This document shows positions 27,615-41,282 of a stretch of DNA of 64,000 nucleotides, piece by piece (position 1 is the stretch's first letter; each line of letters opens with the position of its first letter). The stretch spans positions 31,248,001 through 31,312,000 of the forward strand of contig NC_043016.1 of assembly GCF_006345805.1 (NCBI RefSeq), given 5' to 3'. The notes below the pieces were generated by a model. The model was not told where the DNA came from. It did no database searches and worked only from the letters and a program-made list of their open reading frames with translations. Source of the DNA: Octopus sinensis. Its lineage: Eukaryota. Both the position numbers and the translations under genes were made by a program.

Positions 27615-29959
27615 ATATATATATACACATATATATATATAGGTTGGACACACATACACTCACATATTGCTATCAAAAGATATCGCATATGTGATTTCAA
27701 TTATGTCATTTTGCAAAGCGAGACTGATGAAACAACTCATACACTCACTCACTCACTCACGCACACGCAAACATGTGTGTGTGTGGTAATAGGTTAAAAA
27801 CAGAAATTTCGTAACGAAAACGAAATTGCAGGTGGAAACGAATTTTTTTTTTTTTTGCCTCCTATTAACATTGATTATTATTATTATAGTCAAATTGGTT
27901 ATGGTGATAATACTGCCGATGCCACAGCTGCTGATGATGACGGCGATGGTGTTTACAGTCGAGTAAAACAAACTCATCAATGCGAATATATTGTAAATAG
28001 GTTTTGTCTACCTCTAAAATTATAAAAATAATTAAGGAAAAACTCAAATTTTGACTTTTAAAAGAACAGAACGTGGACACTAGAAGGTAAAACACAAACT
28101 AAAATAAAATATAAAACATCATGTTGTCCAATATACATTGATATTTTATACGTTCTTAATATGCATTATTTTAGTATTAAAAATCAAAGTAGAAAGAATT
28201 ATTTAGAAAAAAAATTATTATTATTATAAAAGATTCTCCGGTTTCCGGTATTAATTAGCTAGATCTGTCCGTGAGACAGCTTTTTCTTCTAACAGGTTCC
28301 ATTGAATAATATGCAGATTATAATGTAATAAAAGTTTGAAAACAGTAGGGGAGAAGAAAAGAACAACCACCTTAGTTTAATGGAAACAAAGAATTAAAAA
28401 AAAAATGAAATGTGACCTACACAATATTTGCACAAGGTTATTAAATAGCAAATAGTGGAGCAGAAGTTTAAAACGGTACCCTTTTCTCTCTTTTCTCCTT
28501 TTCCTTTCTTTCTTTTTGTTTTAATTTTATAATTTTTGCTTTTTTTTTAAAAAATTATTTTCTTTTAACTTTTAATTGATCTTCCAATATGATAAACTCC
28601 AGGATTTAAAACGGAGAAATAATCCCACAAAACTAGCCTGTTCTTGATCACACATTGATATATTTCAACTTTCTCAAAGAGTCAAAGACATACTGTAGAA
28701 ACATCAATTATCATGGCATTATTAACTGCCTGTACACTGTACAAAGCTACTGAGTGAATAATATTTATTATGTATTCATGTATGTGTATCTACGGAGAAA
28801 TGTGTGCATATTCTATTTAATGTTCGTGCACGTGTGTATGAGTAAATATATGTGTCTATCTCAGGCTATATACACAAACATTTATGTTTGCGTGTTTGTA
28901 TAGCTATGTCATCAGGTGTTTTTGTGTACACACCTTTGATGCCTCATTCTCGCTACACTGGCACCAATGCGCAATGAGTCAAGGTCGTTTTAAATGGGAG
29001 GAGTAACGAAGGGTATTTTTCCCCCAATATTATTTTGCTTTTATTTTTCATTTCGTTGGCAAGCAAGATATAGATTCTTCATTTCTTTCGCAAAACGTTC
29101 TTCGAAAAATCTAATAATAAACACTTTTATTTATTTATTTATTTTTTTTGTACGAATCATGCAATAATGTAGAATTTTTCACACAGTATTTCCATATCAT
29201 AAGAACAAATAAAGAAAAAGGAAATGAAATCAGAAATGCCATTCACATTTGTCGTAATCTCTCTCTCTCTCTCTCTCTCCCTCTCTCTCTCTCTCAGACA
29301 CGCGTATGTGTTTGTGTGTGAATATATCATCCTTTTACATCCACTTTTTTTAATGTTTTCACGGACTGGTCCATGTTACTTGATTTCATTTTTCGTAGGA
29401 TTCCTACAGCTGGATACCCTTATTATCACCAACCATTTTACAAAGTGTACGAGATGCATTTGGCATTCTCTAAACATTTTACTAAGTGTAGTTGGTGCAT
29501 TTTAATCATTGGATCAGCACTAGTGAAGCTGTCTTGTGAGAACAAGACGAGAACGATGCTCTCTATCTGACTTTGTTCGTTCATTCACCTGTATCAAAGG
29601 GTTGTCTTGACCTCATCAGAAAGATGAGATAATGAAAAGAAAACCAAAGTGAAAGAAGGATAGAAGACAGTAAAGGAAAAAGAGAGAAAGTGTGATAGAG
29701 CTACATGGAGATTCTTAATGGGGAGGACGAATAGAATCACGAGTAGTATGAGAGAGAGAGAGAGCTAGAAAAGAGACAGAATGGAAGTGAACAAGTGATG
29801 AGGGAAAATAGTGTAATGGCTAACGATAAAGATGTCAACTTTTGTTACACGGGCTGTGTAATGGGGGAAAAGAATGATAGTAGGGAGGGGGGAACACTGT
29901 CAAGAGAGGGGTGAGTTATAAATGAGAGTAATGAAGAGAAGAGGAGAGTGGTACATGGA

Positions 29960-30480
29960 AACTAAACATGAACACAACGGCTGCAAGGGACCTAAACATA
30001 GGTGTCATATACTTCAATTTCCGTCACTGCCATCATCTATGACAACCTTCATTTGTTACGCTGATATAGTTAGGGCAGGTTTTCCTGTTTATTCAAAGGT
30101 TGTGGTTTTTGCCATTTTCTTTATGAGACTTAGCAATGTGAGATCACCAGACCCACATCTCAATTCTTTGTATTACACTTCCTTGCAAACTGGAACATCA
30201 TAATGCCTCTGATTCTCACATTATGGAGAATATGCAAATCTTTTACTTTTTGCTTCTACCCTTGATATGAATAACTAATGTTTAGCTTCTCTTCAAACAA
30301 TTTGAAATTGTTCTTTGCTCCAGTTTTTCTTCCAAGCTTTCTAGGCTTGACTCTTAGCTCTCATAGGTTTATCTTCAGTATCATATCAGCATCATATCAA
30401 CTTGCATCTAGCTGGAACCTTACAGCAGCCTTGTATCTAGTCTGTAACCTTGAGCAGATAGTCTTGAAGAAACTTTCAAT
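29960..30480 (-). mobile_element. RTE-clade LINE relic (linker between endonuclease and RT)
   Basis: Broken frames read AKSQA*KAWKKNWSKEQFQIV*REAKH...KRFA, resembling the ORF of the RTE family also seen at about 32000 and 39000. Confidence 0.55.
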
Positions 30481-31949
30481 TTAAAATACACTCACATATG
30501 TTCAACCCCTCATCAGGAGTCAATTGTCATCTATGTTATAAGTCCTTATCACCTCTGGGCAAGATTGTTTGTGGAAGACCAGTAATCACCCCTACACACC
30601 AGTATCCCCCTCTCCATGCCACCAATGTTGTCTTAGGGAAAAGTAAAGACTGATACAGCATAACACTAGTGACATCGCAACTCATTTCTACAGATATGTG
30701 AACTGGAGCTATGTAAAATAATTGCTCAAAAACACAAACACAGCCCAGTCTAGGAATCATATTCACAACCTCAAAATTATAAGCTCAATGCTCTAATCAT
30801 TGGGCTATGCATCTTCACAATTCCATAATAGATTCAGCTATAAGATTTGGATCATCAGTATATGGGACTTCCCACAGAAAGTGCCTTGAACTCTAATATG
30901 TATGTGTCTGCGTGAATGTAATATATATGTATATGTATGTGTGTATGTATATATATATATAAACAACTGCAGCATGGAAGGTGTTTATAAGCCATTTAAA
31001 AACACAAAAACCATTAGAGTCACTTCAACATTAAAATTTAATTTGTCAAAATATTTCATCACTTTGAAACCGCGACCTGTTCACTGACAAAATTCTGTGC
31101 TGCATAAAAGCATTATATTTATATCTGTATACGCCGGTCTTTTTATACCTATCTGTCTGTGTTGAGTATTCCCTAACGTCTCACCTTCCTGACATCCATC
31201 CCTCCATCACTCTTTTAACTATATATATATATATGCACACACACAAATGCATGTATATATACCTATATAGAGACACATGTATCTATATATATACATATAT
31301 AAAATTGATGTAAGGCGGCAAGCTGGCAGAAACATTAGCGCGCCGGGCGAAATGCTTAGTGGTATTTCGTCTGTTGTTACGTTCTGAGTTCAAATTCCGC
31401 CGAGGTTGACTTTGCCTTTCATCCTTTTGGGGTCGATAAATAAAGTACCAGTTTCGCACTGGGGTCGATGTAATCGACTTAATCCCTTTGTCTGTCCTTG
31501 TTTGTCCTCTCCATGTTTAGCCCCTTGTGGGTAGTAAAGAAATATATATAAAATTGATGCATAGCTGTGGTTAACTTGCATCCTAACCATCTGGTTTGGG
31601 TTCAATCACACTGTGCAGCACCTTGGAGGAAGTGGCATTCACTATGGCCTCTGGCCAACCAAAGCCTTGAGTAGATTTGATAGACAGAAACTGAAAGAAG
31701 CCCATCATGCATGTAAATGAGCATCATTTGAGTGATGTCTGCTGTTTCCAATCTTCTGTGAAAAACATGTTTGGCTATAGGAACATGTAATCTTGCTTGG
31801 AAGTAGGTGAGGTTGATGACAGGAAGGTCCTCTACTCATAGAAAATATGCCACAATCAATTCCATCTGAGCAGAAATTTGGATGCTAAAATGATGACTAT
31901 TCTGTTGGATGTCCGATGTTAGTGTGCACATATAACAAAGTGCAAATGT

Positions 31950-32160
31950 GTTGAGGGGAAAAACTATGCAGAAGAGGAATCACATGTAGTGTGCAAAAGA
32001 AAATACTGCAAAGGTTTGGTCATGTGGTGTGTATGGATGAGGACAGCTGTATTAAAAAGTGCCAATTGTTTCAAACTTGTGAAAGATGAAGACCCAAAGA
32101 GATGAGAGATGAAGGTTGATTTCAAGATGTTAAAAACCTCATGGAGATGATATAGGACTA
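31950..32160 (+). mobile_element. RTE-clade LINE C-terminal relic
   Basis: Reads RGITCSVQ...FGHVVCMDEDSCIKKC, matching the RTE WFGHVxRM-type motif. Confidence 0.65.
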
Positions 32161-35100
32161 AGATGGTTAGCAATTCCTTAAGAAAGCGAGATCCTAAAAA
32201 CATTATATTTACATTTGTATACATGGGTCTTTTTATACCTATCTGTGTTGAGCATTCCTTAACATCTCACCTTTCTGACATTCATCCCTCCATCATTCTC
32301 CTAACTACTGTACTAATCAGCTGCTGCAATCATTTGAGAGTAGAATGGCACATATTTCATTCTCTGCTTTTGTATGACCTGTTACCTTCCTCTTTCACTG
32401 GAACCTCTTCTTGTGAAACTCCTTTCATTCTTGTTATCTTCCATGTCTGTACTTCTTTCCACAGATCACCCATACCTTTTCTGCGCCTTCAATTGTCACT
32501 TCCTCCTCTTTGAGCAACCACTTATTAGGTCCCCCACTACCTCCTCGTTAACATCTCCCCTATCTGTTATCATTCACAACATTCTCTCATATCTGCCACT
32601 GACTCCACCCCCATCAACCTGTATCACTCCATTCACTATAGCCATCCTTATGTACCTCTGACTTCCATCTCTGCCACTGTTCATCTCCTTCCTGCCTCCT
32701 TCAATTTTCACACCCAATGTGTTATCTCCTTACTTTCTCATCTATCCACAAATTTATGATACGGGCTGCTCTCTATATCTACTCTGCTACTGTTGCTTGT
32801 CATCTCTTTCTTGAACAACTTCTATCTCTCTCGCCTTTCCACTACATGCTAATATTTTCCTTCAACTACACTTCCACCCATGTTCATCACTCATTACAAA
32901 CACCTCTAGCCCCAATTCTAACCACTTGCCACTTTTCTCTCACATTACCTTCTCCTTCCCTCCTGATCCAATGTTTATATTCTCTCTTGCATTTATCCTC
33001 TTTATCTTTATCTTTGTTCCAGCTAGTCTCACTAATGCCTACCCTGCTTTACCATGGGTAGGCATGAGTAGACATATATGCCTACCCAGCTTTTTAGCAG
33101 GGTAGGCGTGTATGTCATCCATAGCAAGATACCTGTAATTATCCACCTATCATGTTTTAGCTTCAGCACCTGTCATAGAACTACCTTTCCCTCTCTCAGA
33201 AACACTCTCCCTCAGTTGAGAGGGAGTGAGGGTGCTTTTCCATTTCTTTTCATTTACTTGCAAGTTACTTGGCAACCTCACTAGTACTGGTGTCATGGAA
33301 AAAGTATTCACTATACACACTATAAAGTGGTTGGCATCAGGAAGTGCATCCGATCATAAAAGCTATGCCAGTGCTGACACTGAGGCTGAATGCAACACTG
33401 TAGCTTGTCAGATCCAGTCAAATCATCCAACCCATGCTAGCATGGAAGGTAGTTGCTAAATGATAATGATTATGATGATGATGATATGGTGTTGACAATA
33501 CATACACACTCTCACACCCCCATACCCCGCCCACACATTTATAGCCCATTCTTTGGAAGAATACAAAAAGATTTTTCCTAAAGCCATCAAGTTCATGTCT
33601 GTTCATGTTAAAGGTGACTACAAGGCCATCATTTCAGATGGCCTTAGAATCACCTCTCATGTGATGATGGCCTTAGAGTCACCTCTAACATGAATGGGCA
33701 TGAACTTGATGGCTTTATGAAAAATCTTATTGTATTCTTCCACAGAATGAGCTTAAAAATCACAGTTGACACAAATCTTGGTAGTGTTAACTTTTTATAT
33801 ATTACCCTAGATTTAAGATCAACCAGCTAAATATATTTATATGAAGATTAGAAAGAAATGAAAGGAACTTATTCCGTTGAATGTGAAATATTAATGTGAT
33901 CTGAACAAAGGAATACAAATAAGTCGCGAGGAAAGAATGCAACGTAGGAGAAACTGGATGTAGAGTGCATCTGCCCAGCTACAGATGTGTGGCATAAGGA
34001 GGAATAAACTTGCATACAGAAATGACACTAGCTGAATGTGAATGGGACCTGTGGTAGAGTTAGACCAATTAAGATGTGTGTGTGTGCGTGTGTACGCACA
34101 TGCAATTGTTTACATTTGCACTGTTCCAACAAACAAACAAAAACTGTCAACAAATAGCCTGCTGACTTTGCACCTTTGAAAATGAGAGGAATAAGATATA
34201 GCTCATCTGAAAAACCAGGTATGGGTTGGCAATGGGAAGGGCATCCAGCTGTAAAACAATGCTTCAATAATATAATTGTCTAACAAGTGCTAGCATAGAA
34301 AAATAGATGTAAAAACAAATGAATGAATATATTTAGATATACACAATACACACATACATACATATATGCATAAATATACATATATATATATATATATAAT
34401 TTAGATAATTTCAAAAATGTCTGAGACATATTTGACTGTAAAGAGATATGTTTACTGCAGTTTGGCAAGTAGAAACATTTTCACTTTAAGCAAAAGTTGT
34501 TAGAAACACAAAGTTCAGTTCAGAGCGTCCCTTATGGGCTGAAGGATGCATTTCAGGATTTTCTGCACTCTTCAGCACCAGACATCAAGTGTGGCAACTC
34601 TAAACTGACTAGATGTTTTAGCTTCCTTATAAGAAATCAGGAAATATTATGATTGTGTTTATGTGTGTGTGTACTCCAAGAGGGCACATTGCCTAGTGGT
34701 TAGGGCATTGTGCTCATGATTGTGAGATCATGGTTTCAATTCCTTGATTGGTGCAGTGTGTTCTTGACTAAAACACCTGATGTGTGGTACACCATGCACT
34801 TTTTCAGGCAGTGTCAATTTGATGGAGGAGTGAGCTAATGTACAGCAGAAACATTTGATCACTATAAACAAAACATTTCTGCAGGTTGTTCAGCAAGAAA
34901 TTGAAAAAAAACCCACATCTCTCTCATATATCTATATTTCAGTGTCCAAAACATAGGAGACATAATCCAGCTAAACAATAGTTGGCAATATGAAAACTCA
35001 CTGGTCAAGTTAATGAAAATAAAGGTGCTTCACTTTTGAATATGGTTTCCAAGATTCTTTATGTGAATTTGTGAGTTGAAACAAATTATGGCAATGTGAT

Positions 35101-35899
35101 GTAAGCAACAGAAGAACTTTTTGGCAAACAAAAACAAAATAATTGGATATTTAATAAATGAGTGGAAGTGAACCAGTGAGTGTGTTCATTTACATTGGCA
35201 TAATTTGTCTCTCCCTAGAAAAACAAAAGATCCTTTGTCCATCTTCAATTTTATCTTTTACACACACACACCATCATTATCATCACCATGACCACAACCA
35301 CCACCATCACATTGTGATACACCTAAACATGTCCTCAGTGCTGTTTCTTGAAGTCATTGGGTACTTTGCATCATTAAACAATCGGACAAACTAACCCAGG
35401 CATTCCAGCTACAATTGACGAGTCCCCCAGTTTGTATCTGGTTAGTAAGGGCGGCAAGCAGGCAGAATCATTAGCACACTGGGCAAAACGCTTAGCGGTT
35501 TTTTGCCTGCCATTACATTCTGAGTTCAGATTCCGCTGAGGTCGACTTTGCCTTTCATTTTTTCGGGGTTGATTAAATAAGTACCAGTTACGCAGAGGGG
35601 GTCAATGTAATCAACTTAATCTCTTTATCTGTCTTTGTTTGTCCCCTCTAGGTTTAGCCCCATGTATGCCATAAAGAAAGAAAGAAATGTATCTGGTTAG
35701 TACTACTGTAAGTATTACTACTCCTTCCAGGTCTCACATTCCCTGATCCACAGCTAACTTGAAGGCCCTCTGCTTACCCCAACATGTTGAGATGGGATGG
35801 AGAAGACCTAAATGCCCACTAATTTCTATCTCAATGAAATCATATCTTGTCCCCACAACGCCATTGTTTAGTCATAACTCTACCAACACAGCATATTTC

Positions 35900-36300
35900 A
35901 AAATCTTTCTCGATATGAGATTCTGAAGAAATTGAGAGTTCTAACAGAACCACCTACCAGGATGGTTCCAAGATGAAAAATCGACAACATGTTCAGCCTT
36001 AACAATATAGATCCTGCTTCAGATGTTGCAGTAGTTACCATCATTTGTGGGTAGATTGGACTTGGCTCTACACTGAGCACTTTTCTCCCTCGGGTTGTTG
36101 ATTCTGGCTGCCTCAACATTGAAGATGGCTTGGAAGCAAGAATCTTTTCACTAAACTCTATTCAGTGATACCAATTCCCATGTCTTCAGATTTATCTTGC
36201 AGAATTTCCAGCAAGTCTTCTAAGAGTACTCTTATAATGGAGCAGTGGGCAGCCTGATCATAAAAGAGTATTTTAGCTAAGTAAATGTCTTCCATGAGTA
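35900..36300 (+). mobile_element. Highly degraded RTE-type RT/thumb relic
   Basis: Residual LGSTLS, LEARI and LL*..W motifs in shifted frames. Confidence 0.4.
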
Positions 36301-36671
36301 ACACATAAAACTAATCTACCTCAGTTATACTTTGGCAAGGAAACTCTCTCTGACTAGAATGTTACATTTTGCAAAAAAAAAAAAACCACTGAGTTGGGAA
36401 CTTTGTCTTGCCACTTGATGTTGCAAATTTAATGAAAACAGTAGAGATGGAATGAATTTAGCTATTCCATGTGACACCTGTAGAGTGTCCAGTGTTTATG
36501 CTCTAGTCACTTAGAAGAGTGGTAAGCACTATTGCTTGGTACACTTTTACCTTTGTGGCCAGTGTGCTGAAGTTTACTGAAAGCTGAACTTGCTTTTGAG
36601 AATTGCTAGGTGTGTGTGTGTGTCTATATACACACACACACACAACACACACACACACACACAATATATAT

Positions 36672-36717
<46 letters not shown>

Positions 36718-38099
36718 TATATATGAATGTAAGAATATATATATATATGTATGTATAAAATATTTTTTAATTACATACATAATAATAATAAGGGGTCATG
36801 CTGCTGTCCTAGGACCCATATCTTTTGTACAGTTCCTATATCTCTCTGTGTTTGTGTGTTCACCCAGTGTTGCCATTGTGGCAGTTGTTGTTATAGCCAT
36901 CGTTGTCACCACCAATGCTGCTGTTGTTAGTTGTGTTGTTGATACTGTTGCAGCTGTCTGTGAAATTATTGTGTAGTTATAACAACAACACACAAACACA
37001 GAGAGATATAGGAACTGTACCAAACTTTTGGGTCCAAGGGCAACAGCAGCGATAATGGTGGGAGACGATGTGGATGAGGGGGGAAGGTCATACTGCTACT
37101 AAGAACAATAACACACATGCAAGTGTTTATTTGGCAAAAAAAATTTTTTTTAAATTACCATCCCAAAATATAACAATATCTGTTTCAACACATGATTTCA
37201 CATCAGGAAGTCTTGCAACACAAATTCATAAACATATATATATATATATATGACGTCCTATACCCATATATACATATATGTATATGCATATATGGGTATA
37301 GGATGTCACCAACTGTAAACAACATGAAATACGAAAACAAGCGAGTTAAATATGCAAACAACGAGGGGAAAAAAATTGAAAACAAGACAAGTAACACAAA
37401 GAACGACCCTTTATCAGTTGTCAGCTGTCTACTCTTCATTTCAAGCAATCAACGACAATATAAGTCTTCAAAGACATTTGCTCCCGTAACTTCCAAAATA
37501 AATTTTGGATTTTATGGAGGGTCAAAGTTGGGAAGAAAAACAGGACAGTGGAGACATACAAGGAAACCAAACGAAAACAAACATGGAGATTTGTTAGACC
37601 AGAACAAGAGGAAACAGTGAATGCTGGAAGAAATATTTTCTCTGAAAAGAGGGAAGAATATAAGGGAAAGTTAGAGGACGTACGGTCCTTAGAACATCCA
37701 TGCATGAAGAAATGGACGATGGTCACGTGTGAGCAACAAGAGAGAGAAAAAGACAAAGAGGGGAGGGAGAGAGAGAGAGATAGATAGCAAACGGTGGTTT
37801 TACAAGTAAGGGATCTCTTATTCCACACGGCTTTGAAGGCACAAAGTGAGCAGATGATCTGTTGACAAGAGAACAAACAACCACACCTCTACCCATGTGT
37901 TGTAACATTTGTAACAGCAAGATGTAAACGGACTCACTGGTTCAACCTTATTTAGACTGAGTTTAGATAAAGTTAAACAATATTTGTAAACATATTTCAA
38001 TACCAACCACTTCTGGCTAATAATGAAACCTCTGAGTCATCATATGACAAATAAGACACACACGCAGACAATACACATACAAACACGTATATTTATCAA

Positions 38100-38540
<441 letters not shown>

Positions 38541-38999
38541 TGGGAAAATTTGTGAAATCTTCGGTACAGTTAGGTATACTTGAAAAAGGAAAAGAATGGC
38601 TTCACTGGTAGTTCAAATCAATTTAATTTTTTAATAATATAATTTTACAGTTCAGTTTGTAGATCTAGTCTCAAACTAGTTCTACAAACTAAACTGTAAA
38701 TTTTATTATTCAAAAATTAAATTGATTAGAACTACCAGTGAAGTAATTCTTGTCATTTATTTCCTTTTATACGTACATATATGTATGTATGTGTGTGTAT
38801 ACATACATATATATATATATATATAAAATATAAATTAGAGATGAAACCACTTTTATGCAACTCAAATAGTGATAGACATAAACCAAAACATAAATAACAA
38901 ATAGAATATATTTTTATAAAACATATTACTAGATCTCAAAATGTATAAAAATGAATAATCAATATATAATAAGTATATATATATACATATGAGATAACA

Positions 39000-39410
39000 C
39001 ACTCATTCCGGCTGGCAAATGGCTCTGTTCATTATATAAGAAAGGAGTGGGATGTAATACCAATCGCACCAGGTGTAAGCTATGGACACATAAGAGATGC
39101 ATTGGAATGGTAGGAAGATTATCAGATAAGGTTGCTTTCATGTGTGGCAGATATGCAGGAACAATAAGCACAAAGAGCGCAAGGGACTTAAACTCTCTCA
39201 AAGGCCCAGGAGGCTCTCTTGATGTAGTAGATAGTTTCTGCTATTTAGGTGACCAAATTAGTAATGGTGGTGGATGCTCTGAAAGTATTGTTTCTAGAAT
39301 AAGAATAGGGTGAAGGAAGTTCAGAGAACTACTACCTCTGTTGGCAGCAAAAGGACTCTCTCTCTCTGAGTAAAAGGTAGATTGTATGATGCTTGTGTGA
39401 GAACATCTAT
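39000..39410 (+). mobile_element. RTE-clade LINE relic with a PHD-like Cys/His finger just before the RT thumb
   Basis: GKWLCSLYKKGVGCNTNRTRCKLWTHKRC...FMCGRY...VVDSFCYLGDQIS...SRIRIG*RKFRELLPLL (ORF 39047..39313 plus flanks). Confidence 0.8.
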
Positions 39411-40429
39411 GATGATGATGGTGATGGTGATAATACATACAAAGCAGTGCTTTATGTCAATTTCCACCTATCAACTTCATGCCCAAAGCTCTGGATAGTG
39501 GAGGTACATCTATGAGGTAGCATGCAGTTGGACTGAGTCTAAATGCCAAGTTATCAGGAAGAAAACTTCTTTATCACATACACACATATATACATACATC
39601 TATGTGTATGTGTATATATATATATATATATATATGCACACACATTTATGTATGTATGTATGTATGTATATCTGTTAGATGAAACTGAGACATTATTAAA
39701 TTAAAATTGCCGTCTATGTATCATACATAGTTGATAGGCCAGTCACTGCAGTATTCCTCCAGAGATAACTCCCCTTATGGTTGTGCTGAGTTTAAAATCA
39801 AAATTCATGAAGAAAGGAGATGAAAACTTAACCCAGCAGCAGCAGAAGCCAGCAACAATACCAGATGCATTTCAGCATGTTTTTTGGGTTTCATTAATGA
39901 CCTGTACTCAAAGCCAGACACATGTCTGAATGAGAATTCCTCACCTCCAGTGTGTATACATTAAGTACAATACGTAAATGTCAATTTTAACTTAATACTA
40001 TCTCAGTTGTGATTACTGGATTTTTTATTCAGCCAGGCAGCTATTTGCAACATCAGTAAATGCTTTATTTACTGTTTCCTGTATTGGTGACAAAGCCTTA
40101 TTCAGTCATGTGGCCGGCTGCAAGTACATGTCACTGAAGAGGCCCAAAAATGCCAAACAGCATCTGGTATTTTTGCTAACCTCTGCTGGGGCAAGCTTCC
40201 GTCTCTATTCAATATTAATTTTGTTTAACACAGCACATCCATAAGAGATGTTATGTCAGTAAGAACACCACAGTAACTGGCCAATCAACTGTGTTTATAC
40301 AATAAGTATGATACGTAGATAGCTATACATGTATCTGTATGTACATATGTATATATATATATCAACATCATTATCCCCACCAGTTTTAGCATCTACATTT
40401 CCATGCTCTCATGGACTGGATTTTCAACA

Positions 40430-40560
40430 TCTGACTGCAGATATCAATATAATATTATATATATATATATTACTAAAAATTTACATTGGTCGGGCCATGT
40501 ACATATAATTGGGCAACAGACTCCCTAGACAACTGCTTTACTCTCAAGAGCTTGATGCCC
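40430..40560 (+). mobile_element. RTE C-terminal relic; its continuation appears at about 41590-41750 and a second copy at about 41775-41920
   Basis: GHVHIIG.NRLPRQLLYSQ here; GKRNYGRPRLRFKDIAKRIMK at about 41600; LDNNKLPRQQLYSQL/NHGRPKLRFK at about 41830. Confidence 0.6.
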
Positions 40561-41282
40561 CTCCTGTTGCTCATACACACCTCTTTGCAACTAAGGTAAT
40601 ATTTTCATGGAAGACTGGAAAGAAAACACTGCTTGCACTCATTTACAAAGAAAGTCAAGGCAAGGAGGTATAACACACACAACACCCACCCACATATAAA
40701 TTCAATGAATCCTTTGTATATTGGTTTCAAATTCTGGCAGAAGGCCAGCAAGTTCAGGGGAGAGCATGAGTCAAATACATCAATCCCCAGTACCCCACTG
40801 CGCAATAGGGGGTGCTTATTCTATCGGCCCCAAAAGGACGAAGGGCAAAGTCAACCATGGTGGAATTTGAACTCAGAACGTAAAGATGGACAAAATACCA
40901 GTAAGCATTATACCCAGTATGTTAATGATTTGCTACCTTTCTCTGTTTAGTTATTAGTGATACTTGTTTTATTAACCCAAGTAAGATTTGAATTCAGAAA
41001 ATATATACAAACATTTTTTCCCAACATTTTACTGATTCTATCTTTTAAAAAAGCTTTTCAAAAAAAATGATATTGGTTTCACATTTTGGCACAAGGCCAA
41101 CAATTTTGGGCAAGGGGTAAATTGATTGTATCAACCCCAGTTCTCAACTGATACTTATTTTATCAATCCCGAAAGGATGAAAGACAAAGTCAACCTCAAC
41201 AGAATTTAAAACTTAAAAATAAATTATTTTTTTTAGGGCCTATATACACAAAATATATCACAGAAAAGAAATATATATCTCT

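Noticed and set aside
26358-27700. Several 60-136 aa ORFs rich in I, Y, H and T upstream of HECTD1 (also at about 38.1, 44.7 and 63.2 kb)
   Set aside because: Translations of (TA)n, (CA)n and (CT)n microsatellites and low-complexity tracts; no protein-like composition or splice support.
29990-30170. Minus-strand ELRCGSGDLTLL and KVVIDDGSDG resembling methyltransferase or glycosyltransferase motifs
   Set aside because: Interrupted by stops and better explained as out-of-frame readings of the RTE relic at 29960-30480.
31105-32300. About 110-bp direct repeats (about 31105-31220 and 32195-32300) as possible LTRs
   Set aside because: No TG...CA ends, PBS or PPT, and the interior is unrelated SINE and RTE pieces; more likely two copies of a dispersed repeat.
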